DNA of 63,812 bases, counting the filler, from Welwitschia mirabilis (taxonomy: Eukaryota), in the NCBI GenBank assembly GCA_051453625.1. It is 3 parts of one record of this genome, joined end to end, with 100 filler letters (N's around TTAATTAATTAA, not from the genome) between each part and the next. Parts side by side here need not be neighbours in the genome. Positions count along the whole stretch, not along the records: positions 1 to 16,083 come from JBOZIK010000001.1; 2 more parts are not named here. The stretch is one strand, 5' to 3'. Of the stretch, positions 1 to 13,610 are shown one piece after another. Below the pieces are notes generated by a model. That model saw only the letters and a list, made by a program, of their open reading frames with translations, was not told the origin of the DNA and did no database searches. Position 1 is the stretch's first letter; each line of letters opens with the position of its first letter. The position numbers and the translations under genes are program-made.

Positions 1-841
1 ATTTTAATCTTTTTATTTTCCTCTAATGTAACACTCACTATTGCTGCCTCTAGGTTCTTAAATTTTGGAGATTTTCATAATACTAATTTTATGAGAGATT
101 AAGCTAAGAATACTTTTCTAAGAATAATTCATTTTTATTTTCTTATTGTTAATCTTTCCATAGCTTCAAGTAGTTTGGATTTTATTGTAAAATTTTCCAA
201 AATAATAATTTTATACTCACATTTTGCATTAAGGTTTTGAGATGTTTAGTAAAAGTTGAATTAGTGTTTAGCCTATTAAGCTAAGGGGTAGCTGGTTTCT
301 TTTCTATTTGTTGTAAATACTTCTTTTTTCTCACTTTTACCAAGAGAATAAAAGTTATAATTTTCTAATATTTTGATGTCCTCTTCTTCCTTCTCATTCC
401 TAATGTTGTTTTAAAAGATTGATGCTTCACAAGAAGGAGGGTTTACTTCATGTTATAACCTTACAATATTTTCTCATTTTATTAGATTTGATAAAGGTTG
501 TATTGCTAATGAATCTTNNNNNNNNNNNNNNNNNNNNNNNNNNNNNNNNNNNNNNNNNNNNNNNNNNNNNNNNNNNNNNNNNNNNNNNNNNNNNNNNNNN
601 NNNNNNNNNNNNNNNNNNNNNNNNNNNNNNNNNNNNNNNNNNNNAAGTAAATCATTTTGATGTTAAAAGTTTGATGAATTTACTTAAAACTTTGAATTTT
701 CAAATCAATTTTTTAAAAGGTTGAAAATTGATTTGGAAATTTTTATAATTTGTTGTCAAAGACTTATGTATTCATCCTAGGTTATGACTAGTGTTGATTT
801 TGGTTTTTAAAGTTTAAAAAATTTTAATTAAAAGTAAAAAC

Positions 842-1790
842 TTATTCATGTATTTTATCCTTGTATGTTGGTAATAGTGGACAATACTTGGTTATGTAAT
901 AATTGTCCTTGCATAAGTTACATGTTGGCATAACATTATTTTCAATTGTTGATTTTGCATCTAGAATCATCTTGGTATAACTCTTCAAAGTAGTTGTGAA
1001 TTCCTTAGTCAAATTTGCAGGGTTGTATCCTATTTTATCCACCTCCTTTTCTTCTTTTACCTCTTTTAAATATTTGATGATTTATATTATAGTGTAGTTA
1101 TCTCTCAATGTTAGCCAAGTTTATCTTACCTCTACAAGTTCTTCTAATATTTTCTAGAAATTTTCTACTATGAGGTTCATTAGGTTTCCATCATAAGAAA
1201 AAAAATATAAGTTGTTCTGTTTGGTGGTTTAGTCCACTATAAAAGTAATCAACTAGCTCTTCTTGTGTGAAAGCATCTATTGGATTAGAGTGAATTGTGA
1301 TGAAGAAGCATACGTATGTGAAAGCATAATCCTCATTTGGTGGTTGTTAGAAATTTGTCACTTCTTTTTTCTTTTTCTAATAGTTTTTTCACTCATAAAT
1401 CTTTTAATGAAAGTTTTTTGAACTTAATTCCAAGTTTTTAAACTCTTATAAGATATAGTTTTTAACCAAAGTTTTACCTTCCTTTTAATGTAATAAGGAA
1501 AATAACTATATATGTATAATCACTAATCCTTTACTTCCCATTCCTAGCAGTAAGAAATAATTGTTCTATGTATGTAATGTGTTGGAAGGGATCCTCATTG
1601 TGTTCACCACTAAAGATAGGATAGGCATTTAAGTTTTTTAATTCAACATCATCTCCTAGGGGTAAATTAAAATAAGTTTGAATTTCTTATTTTCTATTAG
1701 TTATTAGTTCCTTAAGGATAAGGTTCACATTAGGACCAAGGATTGAAGACCCTATGACTTGCTTTTATTTTTGCATAGCATTTGATATTA
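842..1790 (-). pseudogene. gag: Degenerate gag of family A
   Basis: Minus translation with stops gives ELITNRK*EIQTYFNLPLGDDVELKNLNAYPIFSGEHNEDPFQHI, the Athila-type P.F.G...EDP..H motif. It also has a Cys motif CNLCKDNYYITKYCP. Confidence 0.75.
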
Positions 1791-2452
1791 TAAAATTATC
1801 TTCTTTTAAAGTACTTTCTAAAAAATTTTCTTTTATGAAATCAGATTCAGAAAAAATAAACTCACATGGGATATTGTATGCACCTAAAGATTTTGTACTC
1901 ACTTCTATTTCGAAGTCGACCAATCCTTCTCTGATATTTTTCTTAATTAATAGTTTTTTCTTTGATTTTTCTTTCCCAGATTAACCATGTCACAACATCT
2001 TTTAAATAGAAAACAATAGAAAACAAAATTAAAAACAACTAAGACTTGTCTGTCTAGTCATGGGACAATAGAGGGGATGATAAAAATCAATTATTGTTAA
2101 ACTAAAAATTGCAATAAGTAGAAAATCAAAAGTAAAAAATAGGAAATAGGCCTATCATTACCTTATCATGGGGATGATAGAGGAGATAATAGTTATTTTA
2201 CTATCAAAATAGGAAATGAAAGAAAAACTTATAGATGAAAAATAAACTGAGAAACTTGTGTTTTTCATTCCCTTTATCGAAGACAATAGAGAGAATGATA
2301 AACTTTTATTATAAACTGAGGAAACTAGAAATATATGAATAAAAAACTTATGATTTCTAATTAAAAATATAATGTTATTACAAAGAAATAATCAAATGGA
2401 AATCTGATTTACTCACTCAAATGATGAAAACCATTATGCTTCTTAACAACCT

Positions 2453-2470
2453 TCCTCAACAACGATGCTA
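2453..2470 (-). promoter_or_regulatory. Primer-binding site, tRNA-Asp type (degenerate)
   Basis: TAGCATCGTTGTTGAGGA versus the Athila consensus TGGCGCCGTTGCCGGGGA. It lies 3 nt from the LTR end and all differences are C>T or G>A. Confidence 0.7.
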
Positions 2471-3088
2471 AGATATTGTAATGCATATTTTTGCAATACT
2501 TTACGTCTCAATGAATCCTATTAATTCAAATAGATGTATAAAAAATATGATACTATAATATGAATGGGAGTGATATAAATGTCATAACCTATCAAAGGCA
2601 TGCAAGAGAAAAAGGAGAATTGATTTTTAATGGAAAATATGGCTTTATAAACTTAAGAATAATGCAAGAAAATAAACATGTAATGAAATGCAAATGCACT
2701 TAATCTAAGTGAATACTTATCTCAGTATTAAATCGATGTATTAAAAAGATCAATCCTATATAACCTAGATCAGCCAAGGACACTATTAATGATGGAGACC
2801 AGCTTAATCTATTAAGTGAGTCAAATAAATGTAATGAAAAAATGATTTTAAACTACTTTCGTCAACCTTAATAAAGATCGCCCTTAAGGCCTATATCATT
2901 AATGGAACTATTACTAGATCAAGAACTACATAAATCATAAGAAATAATGATAAAATAAATGCATAAAAGAAAGAAGAATTTATATTGAGAATCGAACCAT
3001 CATCTGAGTTACAAAATAATCACACCTCAATGGAGGATGCATATTACAATAACAAGAAAATATCTTTCTATAACTCACAAGATGGATT

Positions 3089-4631
3089 TGATAAGATTAA
3101 GAACCCTAAAGGAAGGGGGGGGGTTAATAAGTTATTTAAAAATTAACTAAACAAACTCATAATATAAAAAAAATTGATCAAGATATATTACTAAAAAATT
3201 CATACATGCAAAGAAAATACTAAAAGTGTTCAAAGTAATGAAACTAACAGAAAGCATAAAATATCGAATAAATGCATGCAGGATTTTATAGTGGTTCAGA
3301 AAATCATGTACTCCGCTATTAATGATCAGCTTATTATCAAGCCTAATTTGAATCTTTATTACTCTTTTAGGTATTGTAAGTTTACTTATAACCTTTACAA
3401 ATAGACTTTTACAAACTTAGTCTTAACCTTTTTAATAGACTTTTGTAGGCTAAAACTCAACCTTTCAATGGACTTTTATAGGCTAAGTATCAACCTTTCA
3501 CAATGTAAAATAGTAATGCAATAATACGAAGATGTATAAATATTACTCATTCTTTGGTATAATGATTTCGATGGAGCTCTTCTTTTATAGATAATTTAAC
3601 AAATGAAGCACTAGATCTGATGTGGAATGTATAAATAGACTAAATGATAGATTGTCCTTAGTTAGAAGTACAATGCTAAGATGCTATAGTAAATATCACA
3701 ATATTTAATCCTTTAATCAAGAGTTAAAAAGTCTTTTTAGTCATTTATCTCTTGGCTATTTATACTAAAAAGATTTTAGGATTTATTACAATTAAAAATT
3801 CATTTCCAATAGCTATAAATGACTAGAAAATAGATACCTAGTGGATACATAATGGATAAAAAATTTTAATTCTATTTTGATTAGTTGACTTCTAAAAAAT
3901 TCGATCAATCCATCTTAGTGTTGTAACTTACATAGGTTACTTGAGTGAATTTTTTAATCATCTTCATTTCTTATAGCTTGATGTTCAGTCGATCCCTTAG
4001 GGTTCAATCAATCCCCATCTAGTTGCCTATAATTATGTCTAGTCACCTACTTGTCCTAATAAAAGATCATTCCAATTTCCTACATTAACTTTGATCGACC
4101 TCTTTAGGAGTTTGGTCAATTCTATAATAATCAGATTAAGGATATTAGCTACACAGTGCTCAGGTCTGGTCAACCCCTTGACAATTGGTTTAGGAGTACT
4201 GTTCTCAAGTTGACAGATCTAGTTAACTCCATCATGGATCTAGGCAACCTCTTAATATTTGGTTTAAGGATACTGCTCTCAGGTCCACAAATCTAATTGA
4301 CACCATTAAATATCTGGTTGACTCCTTGTCATTCAGTTTAGGGATACTAACTCTTAAGATCATAAGTCTAGTTAATCCTTTAGAAATTCAGTTAACCTCT
4401 TTGAATTTGGTTCAATTCTGAGAGTATACTCTAGGTGTAGTTAACCCCTTAAAAGTCTGATCGATTCCTCAAGAGGGTAAATGAACTTGATAGGTTTTTA
4501 GTGATCAGATTTTAACATTCAATGCTTTAGCGTCTAACCTACAAGTTGTTAATATTTTTTGCATAAGATACACAAAGTTTACTGCATAGAAAACATTAGT
4601 TTAACATTAATTGGCAAAATATAATCTAACA
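3089..4631 (-). repeat. Sirevirus 3' LTR
   Basis: Collinear with 9342-11222. On the minus strand it starts TGTTAGATTAT immediately after the PPT (GTCAAAGAGGGAGAT, 4632-4646). Confidence 0.9.
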
Positions 4632-5637
4632 ATCTCCCTCTTTGACATTGACGGCAAACAATACTTAGTTGTAAAAATATTTAAGACTANNNNNNNNNNN
4701 NNNNNNNNNNNNNNNNNNNNNNNNNNNNNNNNNNNNNNNNNNNNNNNNNNNNNNNNNNNNNNNNNNNNNNNNNNNNNNNNNNNNNNNNNNNNNNNNNNNN
4801 NNNNNNNNNNNNNNNNNNNNNNNNNNNNNNNNNNNNNNNNNNNNNNNNNNNNNNNNNNNNNNNNNNNNNNNNNNNNNNNNNNNNNNNNNNNNNNNNNNNN
4901 NNNNNNNNNNNNNNNNNNNNNNNNNNNNNNNNNNNNNNNNNNNNNNNNNNNNNNNNNNNNNNNNNNNNNNNNNNNNNNNNNNNNNNNNNNNNNNNNNNNN
5001 NNNNNNNNNNNNNNNNNNNNNNNNNNNNNNNNNNNNNNNNNNNNNNNNNNNNNNNNNNNNNNNNNNNNNNNNNNNNNNNNNNNNNNNNNNNNNNNNNNNN
5101 NNNNNNNNNNNNNNNNNNNNNNNNNNNNNNNNNNNNNNNNNNNNNNNNNNNNNNNNNNNNNNNNNNNNNNNNNNNNNNNNNNNNNNNNNNNNNNNNNNNN
5201 NNNNNNNNNNNNNNNNNNNNNNNNNNNNNNNNNNNNNNNNNNNNNNNNNNNNNNNNNNNNNNNNNNNNNNNNNNNNNNNNNNNNNNNNNNNNNNNNNNNN
5301 NNNNNNNNNNNCACGATATTTATGAAAAGTAAATTTTGATCATGTAACTTTTATTACTTTGATTATTAACATTCATTGCAAACATCATACAATATTTTAG
5401 ATAGGTGAAGTTTATTTCAAATATAAGATAAATATCATTTGGATCCTCAAGTTTCATCATAAAAAATTTTAAGCTCATATGGATCTTTGAATTGTACAAC
5501 AAAATATTTGAAATACAAATTGAAAGCATAAAATCAAGTGCATTTTAATTTCATTAAACATAAGTAGTACAAAGTAGAATTACTCATCAAGAGCATACTA
5601 TATCTAAGGGCATAAGCAATAAGAAATAAACAACTAA

Positions 5638-5673
5638 TTCTCCCCCTTTTGATATCAATGACAAAGGGGAGAA
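5638..5673 (-). promoter_or_regulatory. Upstream extra PPT within an inverted repeat (Sirevirus multi-PPT region)
   Basis: TTCTCCCCCTTTTG..N..CAAAGGGGAGAA forms an imperfect hairpin ~1 kb upstream of the terminal PPT. Confidence 0.65.
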
Positions 5674-5689
5674 CAAAAGCACATAGAAA

Positions 5690-6760
5690 AAAACATAATT
5701 AAAAGAAAAATTATAATCAAATTTCTCCTCCTCTTCTTCTTCCTCTTTAGAATCTTCTTTTAAATCATCTCTTCCCATGCATGCTGAGTTAGTGGCTTTT
5801 GCTGAAGTATCAGTAATGTCATAACCAGCTACTATAAGGCTTTGTTCATATGTCTAGTATTGGAATTAATCCATCTTAGGTATGAAAGAATCTCATTAGG
5901 AGAGGCTTTCTTTGAAGAGGATGATTTTAAGAACTTCTTAGAAGGGCTAAATATATGCATGTGGAATAGTGTTGCATGCCTAATGGGTGCCATGGATTAG
6001 AGGGTTTCAAGCTTAAAATGAAAAGGTACATGAAAATGATGACATAAATTTGTAATAAGCACAAAATAGAATAAGACCCTAGCCTTTTAATACTCCAACT
6101 GAGAGATCATATTCTTTAGTATAATAGTAGAAGCATAAATAGAATGCTTAATCCCTAATAGATACATTAGATATGTTTTATAGCTAGAAGCCTTATCACA
6201 ATACCCTACTAACTCTAGAAAATTATAAGTAAAGATCAAATAAAGAAAATGGTATTTGGATGTAAGCAAGGAAGTGGAAATGATTTGTTTTCAAGTGTGA
6301 GTCTTATCACAGATCTTTGTTGTCACTGCTGGCTTATCTTCTATGATATTACAAAGAGGCCAAAACTCTTCATAGTTACCTCTGAGAATATCAGTAAGGT
6401 TAGAGATAAGATTTGCAGTAGCCCTTAGCCACTTCCCCAAGACAAGAATTTCAAGAGTTCCTGAGTCATAATAATAAGTTGCATTGCAATAAAACATACA
6501 ATTAAGAAAAGGATAAGTGAAACTAGAAACATCAAAGAAATAGTTAAGATCCTAATTTCTCAAGAGTTAAATTATTTCTCTAAGCTCTGTAAGCTCTAAA
6601 GTAGCCATAGACCATTCTTAACAAACAAGCTTATTTTCAAACTTCTCAATATATTCCTTAGAAATCCCTTAGTTGAAGACATAGGGATCTCTTGCTGGAG
6701 ATTTCTTGACTCTCCTCCTTAAAGAATTTTTAGTTATTTTAACCTTTTCTCAAGAGCTTA
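5690..6760 (-). pseudogene. Sirevirus env-like ORF remnant
   Basis: ORF fragment FYCNATYYYDSGTLEILVLGKWLRATANLISNL resembles the FY.N..V.G motif of plant env-like/extra ORFs. It ends in an acidic tail (EDSKEEEEEEEK) and lies in the usual position before the PPT. Boundaries are approximate. Confidence 0.6.
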
Positions 6761-6840
6761 AAAGGAAGAAAAATAGGAGAAAATCTCTATAAATAAGAGC
6801 TAAGCTTTTGATCTAGAAGAAAAAATTGTAGATCTAAGAG

Positions 6841-6870
6841 ACACACACACAGAGAGAGAGAGAGAGAGAG
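6841..6870. repeat. (AC)5(AG)10 microsatellite
   Basis: Direct reading. Confidence 0.95.
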
Positions 6871-7249
6871 GGCTAGAACACAATGAAAATGAATAAGACA
6901 CCTCTTTCTTTTATAGATATGATAAAATAGGGTGATTTAAAGAATGAAATTAGATCCACTAATAGTACTTTTACAATATGATTTATCAGGTCTAGTAAAA
7001 CTAGTTTAAATTCTAGTTGACCCATTGAGACATAGGTCTACAATTTAGGAAGAGGTCTAAGAGTTTAGGCTAGTCAACCGATTACATCTAGCCAATCAAA
7101 TTATGGATCTAATTAATCATCCTACAATAAGCCAAAGAATAGTGAGTTAATCCCTAGTTCATGTTTGTGATTGATAAGAAAGTTGTAAAAATAGGAGTTT
7201 ACATTATATTTTTCTAGAAAACATTTAGTTATAATGAATTTTAAGCCAA

Positions 7250-9275
7250 TGTTTTCATTTTTGATGTTGTAGTTCATTATAGTTTAATTGATCTTTGCAT
7301 AAATTCACACAAGTATCTATTCTATAAAAATTATCTACTCAATTTATATAAGGACAACTACATTTAATTTCACACATATAATTTTATACTTTGATCTTTC
7401 GAAAATTATTTTTGAATTCTGTCACATAATTGACTAATACTTAATAAGTTATGCTTTAAATCATTCACATATAACACATCATTACCTCCTTTGATGCATC
7501 TTATACCTTCTATTCTCGCTTGTTCATTATTTCCAAAAATAACATCTCCTTTATTAATACTTCTTAAGTGTTGAAAATTTGATCTTTTTCCCATCATGTA
7601 TCTTAAGCGTCCACTATCTAAGTACTAGCTATTTTCACTTGATCCTTTAAGAGTTATCTATGTTAAAAGACTTTTAAAATTATTAGCTCTTATCCATTTA
7701 GTCTTATTAGACTTATTGATATACTTTTTTTAGGAACAAATTTAAATGGCAAAGAATTCACTAAATCTAAAAAAGGTTTTAACTTCCTAATATTGGAAAA
7801 TAGCTTTGAATATCCAATTTTATGATAAAAATTATAAGAAACTCTAAAACTAAACTTACATTACCTATTTACCTATTCTTATGGATTTTGAGAAATAAAG
7901 CCAATACCTAATTTATCTCCAGTAGGTTTTTGAACTTCAAGCATTTGTTATAACTTAGAAACACCACTATAAAATTTATTAATAAAGAAAGATAGATCCT
8001 TTACTTGTGATATAAGATAAGAGTTGTTAGATTTTAGCAAATTGTATTTTATTTCTATTTCCTACTTTTCCTTATTAAGGAACTTTACTACTTTGTTCAA
8101 ATCATTTATCCTTTTGCTAGCTTTTCACATTCTTCATATAGTTCATGACACGTATGCTTTATTCCATCCTATTCTTTATTGATTATGTCCAAGTCATCAG
8201 GCTTAGATGTACTAAGTAAGTTCTTAAGAGAAGGCACAATTGCCATAAAGGATAATCTTCTATTTGACTTTAAACCTGAACTACTATTATCATTCTCATA
8301 TTTATTATTCTAAGTTACAACAAAACAAGAATTTATTTATTTCCTGTTATCTCTTTTGATGTTAAGGCACTTATTTGACATGTGTCAAAATCCTTTATAG
8401 AAGTAGCATTAGACTTATTTACCTTTATCTTGCTTCTTACTATATTTCATGTAACTTCTTTTTGAGTTTTTACATGACTCAACTTCTTTTTTCTTTCTTT
8501 GCAAAAACTTCCTAAATCTTCTAGCTAGGAGAGCACTTCATCATCATCTAAGTCTTCATCTGACATTTTAGACTTGTAATCTTCCTACACATATTTCAAG
8601 GCAATACCTTTATTTTTATCTTTAGTAAATTTAAGTTTATAAGTTTGTAGATTACCTTGTAGCTCTCTAGTACTATTGCATTTATGTTCTTGCTTTCCTC
8701 AATGGTTGTGACCTTTGGTTTAAATCTCTTTGATAGAGATCTCAGTACTTTTCTGACCATCGTTCCTTCATATAACCATTTTTTAAGACTTACTATAGAG
8801 TTTACAATATTAGTAAGTCTTGCAAAGAACTTCTATAAAGTCTCATCCTTGTCCATGTGGATGTATTCAAATCTGGAAATGAGCATTTGAAGCTTGGCCT
8901 ACTTTATAGTTAAAGTTTCTTTATGTGCTACCTTAAAGATATCCCAAGCCTTTTAGCATAATTACAATTTACTATACATTTAAACTCATCTGCATAGACT
9001 ACACAAAATATTACATTAAGAGAATGGGCATTTGTGGTGGCTTTGGTTTTGTTAGTGATAGTCCATTGATCTTAGGATTTGAGAACTAACATGGTATTAT
9101 CATTGGCATCTATTTTTAATAACATAGGCATAAAATAACCCTTATAGATAACTTCTTCTATATCTGCATCTAGGGATCTAAGAAAAATTTTTATTCTAGC
9201 TTTCTAATATGCATATTTTAACTTGTCAAACATGGGTGGATGACCAGTGAAACAACCATCAGATGGATTATTCAT
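7250..9275 (-). pseudogene. gag: Sirevirus gag-protease remnant
   Basis: Starts MNNPSDGCFTGHPPMFDKLKYAY*KARIKIFLRSLD. Protease motifs YLDSGRLRYMMG and LYVNDLKHNLLSISQLCD are present. Confidence 0.85.
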
Positions 9276-9327
9276 TATAGGCTTCTAATGTCTAGATTAG
9301 TTAAAATCTAAAGAAAAACTTAGCTTA

Positions 9328-9339
9328 GCTCTGATACTA
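9328..9339 (-). promoter_or_regulatory. PBS, tRNA-iMet
   Basis: TAGTATCAGAGC versus consensus TGGTATCAGAGC, 2 nt from the LTR end. Confidence 0.9.
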
Positions 9340-9341
9340 AT

Positions 9342-11222
9342 TGATAGGATTAAGAACCCTAGAGGGGGTGAATAGGCTCTTTAAAAATTAACTAAATAAA
9401 CTCATGATATAACAAAAACTTACTCAAGATATATTACTAACAAACTCGTAAATACAAAGAAAAGACTAAAAGTATTCAAAGTAATGAAACTAACAAAAGC
9501 ATAAAATACCGAATAGATGCATGTAGGATTTTATAATGGTTTGGGAAACCCCCCTACTTCACTCTTAATGATTAGCTTATTACTAATCCTGATCTAGATC
9601 TTCTTTACTCTTTTAAGTATTGCAGGTTCACTTGTAACTTTTACAAATGAACTTTTGTAGGCTAAGTTTTAACTTTTCTAATAGACTTTTGTAGGCTAAA
9701 TTTCAACCTTTTAAAAGAATTTTGTAGGATAATTCTCAACCTTTAACAATGTAAAATAGTGATATAATAATTCTAAGATGCATAGATATCACTTATTCTT
9801 CGATGCAAGATTTTTATGGATCTCTTCTCTTGTTGATAATTTAACAAATGTATCACTATATCTATGTATAGATACACCAAATGATAAGTTATCCTTAGGT
9901 AGGAGTACAATACCAATATGTTACAATAAATATCACAATATTTAGTCCTTTCATCAAGAGTCAAAAAGTATTTTTAATTGTCTCTCTTTTGGCTATTTGT
10001 ATTGGAAGACTTTTAGGGTTTATTACAACTAAAAATTCACTTCCAATGGCTATAAATAACTAGAAAACATATACCTAATTGATAGATAATCTATAAAAAA
10101 TTTTAGTTCCATCCTGACTAGTCGACCCCTCAAAAATCCACTCGACTTCTTTTAGTATCATAACTTATACAAGTCCTTCAAGTGAACTTTTTAGTCATCA
10201 TAGTTTCTTATGACTCCATGTTTGATCAACCTCTTAGGATCTAGTTGACCCCATCCAGTCACCCATAATTATATNNNNNNNNNNNNNNNNNNNNNNNNNN
10301 NNNNNNNNNNNNNNNNNNNNNNNNNNNNNNNNNNNNNNNNNNNNNNNNNNNNNNNNNNNNNNNNNNNNNNNNNNAGTCACCCATAATTATATCTAGTTAC
10401 TTGCTTATCCTAATAAAAGTTCATTCTAATTTCTTAGATTAAGTCTAGTCGTCCCATTCAAAGGTCCATTCAAACCCTTAATAATTAGTTTAGGAGTATT
10501 GTTCTCAGGTTCACAAATCTGGTTAACCCCATTATAGGTTCGGTCCACCCCTTGACATACAATTTAGGGGTAGTATTCTTAGGTCCATAAATATAGTTGA
10601 CTCTCCTAAATTTTTAGTTGATTGCTTATCATTCGATTTAGAGATACTAGCTCTTAAGATCATAAGTCTGGTTAACCCCTCAGAAATTTAGTTGACCCCT
10701 CTGAATTTAATTCAATTTTAAGAATATATTCCAAGTGCGGTCATCTTCTTANNNNNNNNNNNNNNNNNNNNNNNNNNNNNNNNNNNNNNNNNNNNNNNNN
10801 NNNNNNNNNNNNNNNNNNNNNNNNNNNNNNNNNNNNNNNNNNNNNNNNNNNAATTTAGGGATAGTATTCTTAGGTCCATAAATATAGTTTACTCTCCTAA
10901 ATATCTAGTTGATTGCTTATCATTTGATTTAGAGATACTAGCTCTTGAGATCATAAGTCTGGTTAACCCCTCAAAAATTTAGTTGACCCCTCTGAATTTA
11001 ATTCAATTTTAAGAATATATTCCAAGTATGGTCATCTCCTTAAAAGTCTAGTTAATCCCTAAAGAGGGTAAATAAACTTAACAAGTCTTCAATGCTTAGA
11101 TTATGACATTCATGACTTTAGCATTTAACTTATAAGTTGTTAATATTTTCTATGTAATATACATAAAATTTGCTACACAGAAATTGTTAGTTTGACCTCA
11201 ATCGACAAAACATAATCTAACA
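9342..11222 (-). repeat. Sirevirus 5' LTR (contains two gaps and a gap-flanking duplication)
   Basis: Matches 3089-4631 and carries repeated degenerate GTCGAC palindromes. Confidence 0.9.
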
Positions 11223-11959
11223 GGATCTTCTACCATTTTATATCCTATCATAAGAATGTCTAGTATACAAAATATGAATAGAATAATCAAAGGAGGATTT
11301 ATTTATAGGGTAAAGAAGGTAAAAATATCAAATAAAATGCACTGCAAAATTCACTCAAAACTGAGAAAGAAATAGATGAAATAGGTGAAAAGTTGGCTAG
11401 TTGTTTTAGGTATCATCGTGACTATTATGGGAATGACTGAGAATATGATGATTCATGCATTAGATTCGTCACCTACACTATTGTGAATGTGATAATGGGG
11501 ATGATACTCCTTTAGAAAACATAATTTTAGTGATATTAGCTCTAGCCCATGTCAGCATTCTTATGTGGCTTATACAGTGTTGTCATCTACCTCTTATAGG
11601 GACAACATAGGGGACGATAATCCTTTTTGTTATTTTAACTTAAGAGAAGATAGCTTCTAGAATTATGGATCTTCATCCAAAGCATTGAGCATTATCCTTG
11701 GAATTACATCTAATCCTATACAAATGTCTTGCATAATAGCTCATAATACTTCATCAAATACACACAATTTGGTAGTGCATAACCTAGCATACACAAACAT
11801 GGTTCCAAGAGTGACTCACTGGATTTTCCTAAAAATAATGTCAATAACTCCTAATAATAAAAATAAAGTACTTGATTAAAGTATATTCTCTAAAATGACT
11901 TAAATGATGAAAAGAAAAAGACTATAACTAAGTAAATCTCTCATGCATCTCTTAATGAT

Positions 11960-13470
11960 CATGATAAGATTCATTAAACCTTTAATGGTAAATAAACCTC
12001 TTTTAAAGATGCTATTTTACATGATCACTAGATCCATGTTATGAAAGAAGAATATAATAAACTTGTGGAAAATGATATATGGAAGTTGGTTGATCTTCCA
12101 TTAGATCATACCACATTATCTTAAAAATGGAGTTTTGATAATAAATATAGAGTAGATAATACCCTTAAATGATAAAAATCTTGTCTTATTACTATGGGCC
12201 TATCTTAAAGAAAAAAATTAGACTATAATAAATTTCTTGCACTAATAAGTAAAGGGGCTCATAAGAAATGGAAAATGTGCCAATTAGTCATAAAATCTAC
12301 CTTTTCAAATGAAGATTCCAAAGAAGAAATATATATGATGTAATCTAAGTGTTTTGAAGTAAAAGACAAGGAACAAAAATGTGAATACTAATTAAGTCAT
12401 CATATGAAATACAATAAGCTCTGAGAGCATGGTACACAAAACTTACTAGCACTTGAGCACCATTGTATTTAGACTATGTGACTATCAGGATGCAAATATA
12501 ACATTGTTCATTAAATTTAATGGAGACAAATCTACATATCTAGTGGTTTATGTAGATAACATGTTAATAACTAGTGGCATTAAAATGGATGTAAATAATG
12601 GAGGAATTACTTTAAATAAAAAATTTAAAACTTACAAACTAACATTATCTAGATCCTACCTTAGTGTAGAAATTATGAAGAGAAATAATAAAATCTTCTT
12701 AACTCAAAGGAAGTATATTAAAGATTTGATTAAAAAATTTAGACTTAAAAATGCCTTAGAAGTGTTACACCTTTGGAAAAAAATGCCAAATTTGATATTT
12801 ATGAATATTTAGAATTAATAAATAAAATAAAATATAGAATAATCGTTTATGATCTCATTTATGTTACTAATAATAGACCTGATATCTCATATTTGATAGG
12901 TGTCTTATTTAGATATCTTCATGCACCAAAGGTGATCCATCTAAATACCACTATGAGAATACTAAGATACTTAAAAAAATAAAAATGCTTGGGTTATACA
13001 TATAAGAGAAGCTCTTATTTTACCCTAAAGGAATACTATAACTCATACACTATTGAAGACTTAAAAACTTCCTTTTCAACAACAAGATATGTTATGTCTT
13101 TAGGGGTATATTCTATGTCTTGGTAATCTAAGCATCAGAGAATGATAGCATGATCATCTATAGAAGCAGAACATGTAGTTGCATCTAAAGCATGTAGAGA
13201 AATTAAATGGTTAACAAACCTTTTGCAAGTAATAAAATTAAATCAAACAAAGAAAACTAAGCTCTTCATTGATAATATATCTACTATTTACAATTTAAAA
13301 GATCAAATGCACTATAATAATATGAAACACTTTTATGCAGGAGTTCATAAAATTAGAGAAATTATACATCAAGAAGTAATTATACAAATTATTATATAAT
13401 TATAAAACAAATATCTAATATTCTTACTAAACCACTTTCTTGAAAAAAGTTCTAATATTTTTAATTAATA
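11960..13470 (+). pseudogene. pol: Ty1/copia reverse transcriptase-RNase H remnant
   Basis: Motifs LVENDIWKLVDLP, YLVVYVDNML, YVTNNRPDISY, SW*SKHQRMIA*SSIEAEHV and LFIDNISTI, with many stops and frameshifts. Confidence 0.9.
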
Positions 13471-13610
13471 TAATATTGACTATGACTTAATGTAACTCAT
13501 TTTACCACAAATGTAGGATTTTATTTAACTTTTAAAGGTATTAAAAAGAGTCTTTATTGATCCTAGTACTATCAGATGTGTAGTACAAATTTACCTGATG
13601 CTATGAGATG

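Larger units (their letters stand above)
3089..11222 (-). mobile_element. Sirevirus (SIRE/Maximus, Ty1/copia), full-length ends but lacking INT/RT/RH
   Basis: Paired LTRs with TG..CA ends and TSD GGATT/GGATC. It has a tRNA-iMet PBS, a PPT, the Sirevirus LTR-end motif CCTATTCACCCCCTCTAGG, a SIRE-type gag N-terminus and an env-like region. Confidence 0.9.
1..11950 (-). mobile_element. Athila-like Ty3/gypsy LTR retrotransposon, family A copy 1 (5' LTR 2474-3088 + 11223-11950 split by a Sirevirus; runs off the left edge)
   Basis: Minus strand reads LTR end ...GCATTACAATA-TCT then a degenerate tRNA-Asp PBS, followed by gag. The LTR sequence is homologous to other LTRs at 35876-36986, 55386-56604 and 61911-63143. 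Confidence 0.85.

Noticed and set aside
4607-5339. Long ORF-track entries made of X (also 31717-32379, 44924-45826 and others)
   Set aside because: They span assembly gaps.
10561-11043. Duplications flanking gaps (also 10255/10375, 31692/32356, 48984/49167, 14760/15420)
   Set aside because: Most likely unmerged contig overlaps or mis-joined paralogous copies. They cannot be called biological without reads.
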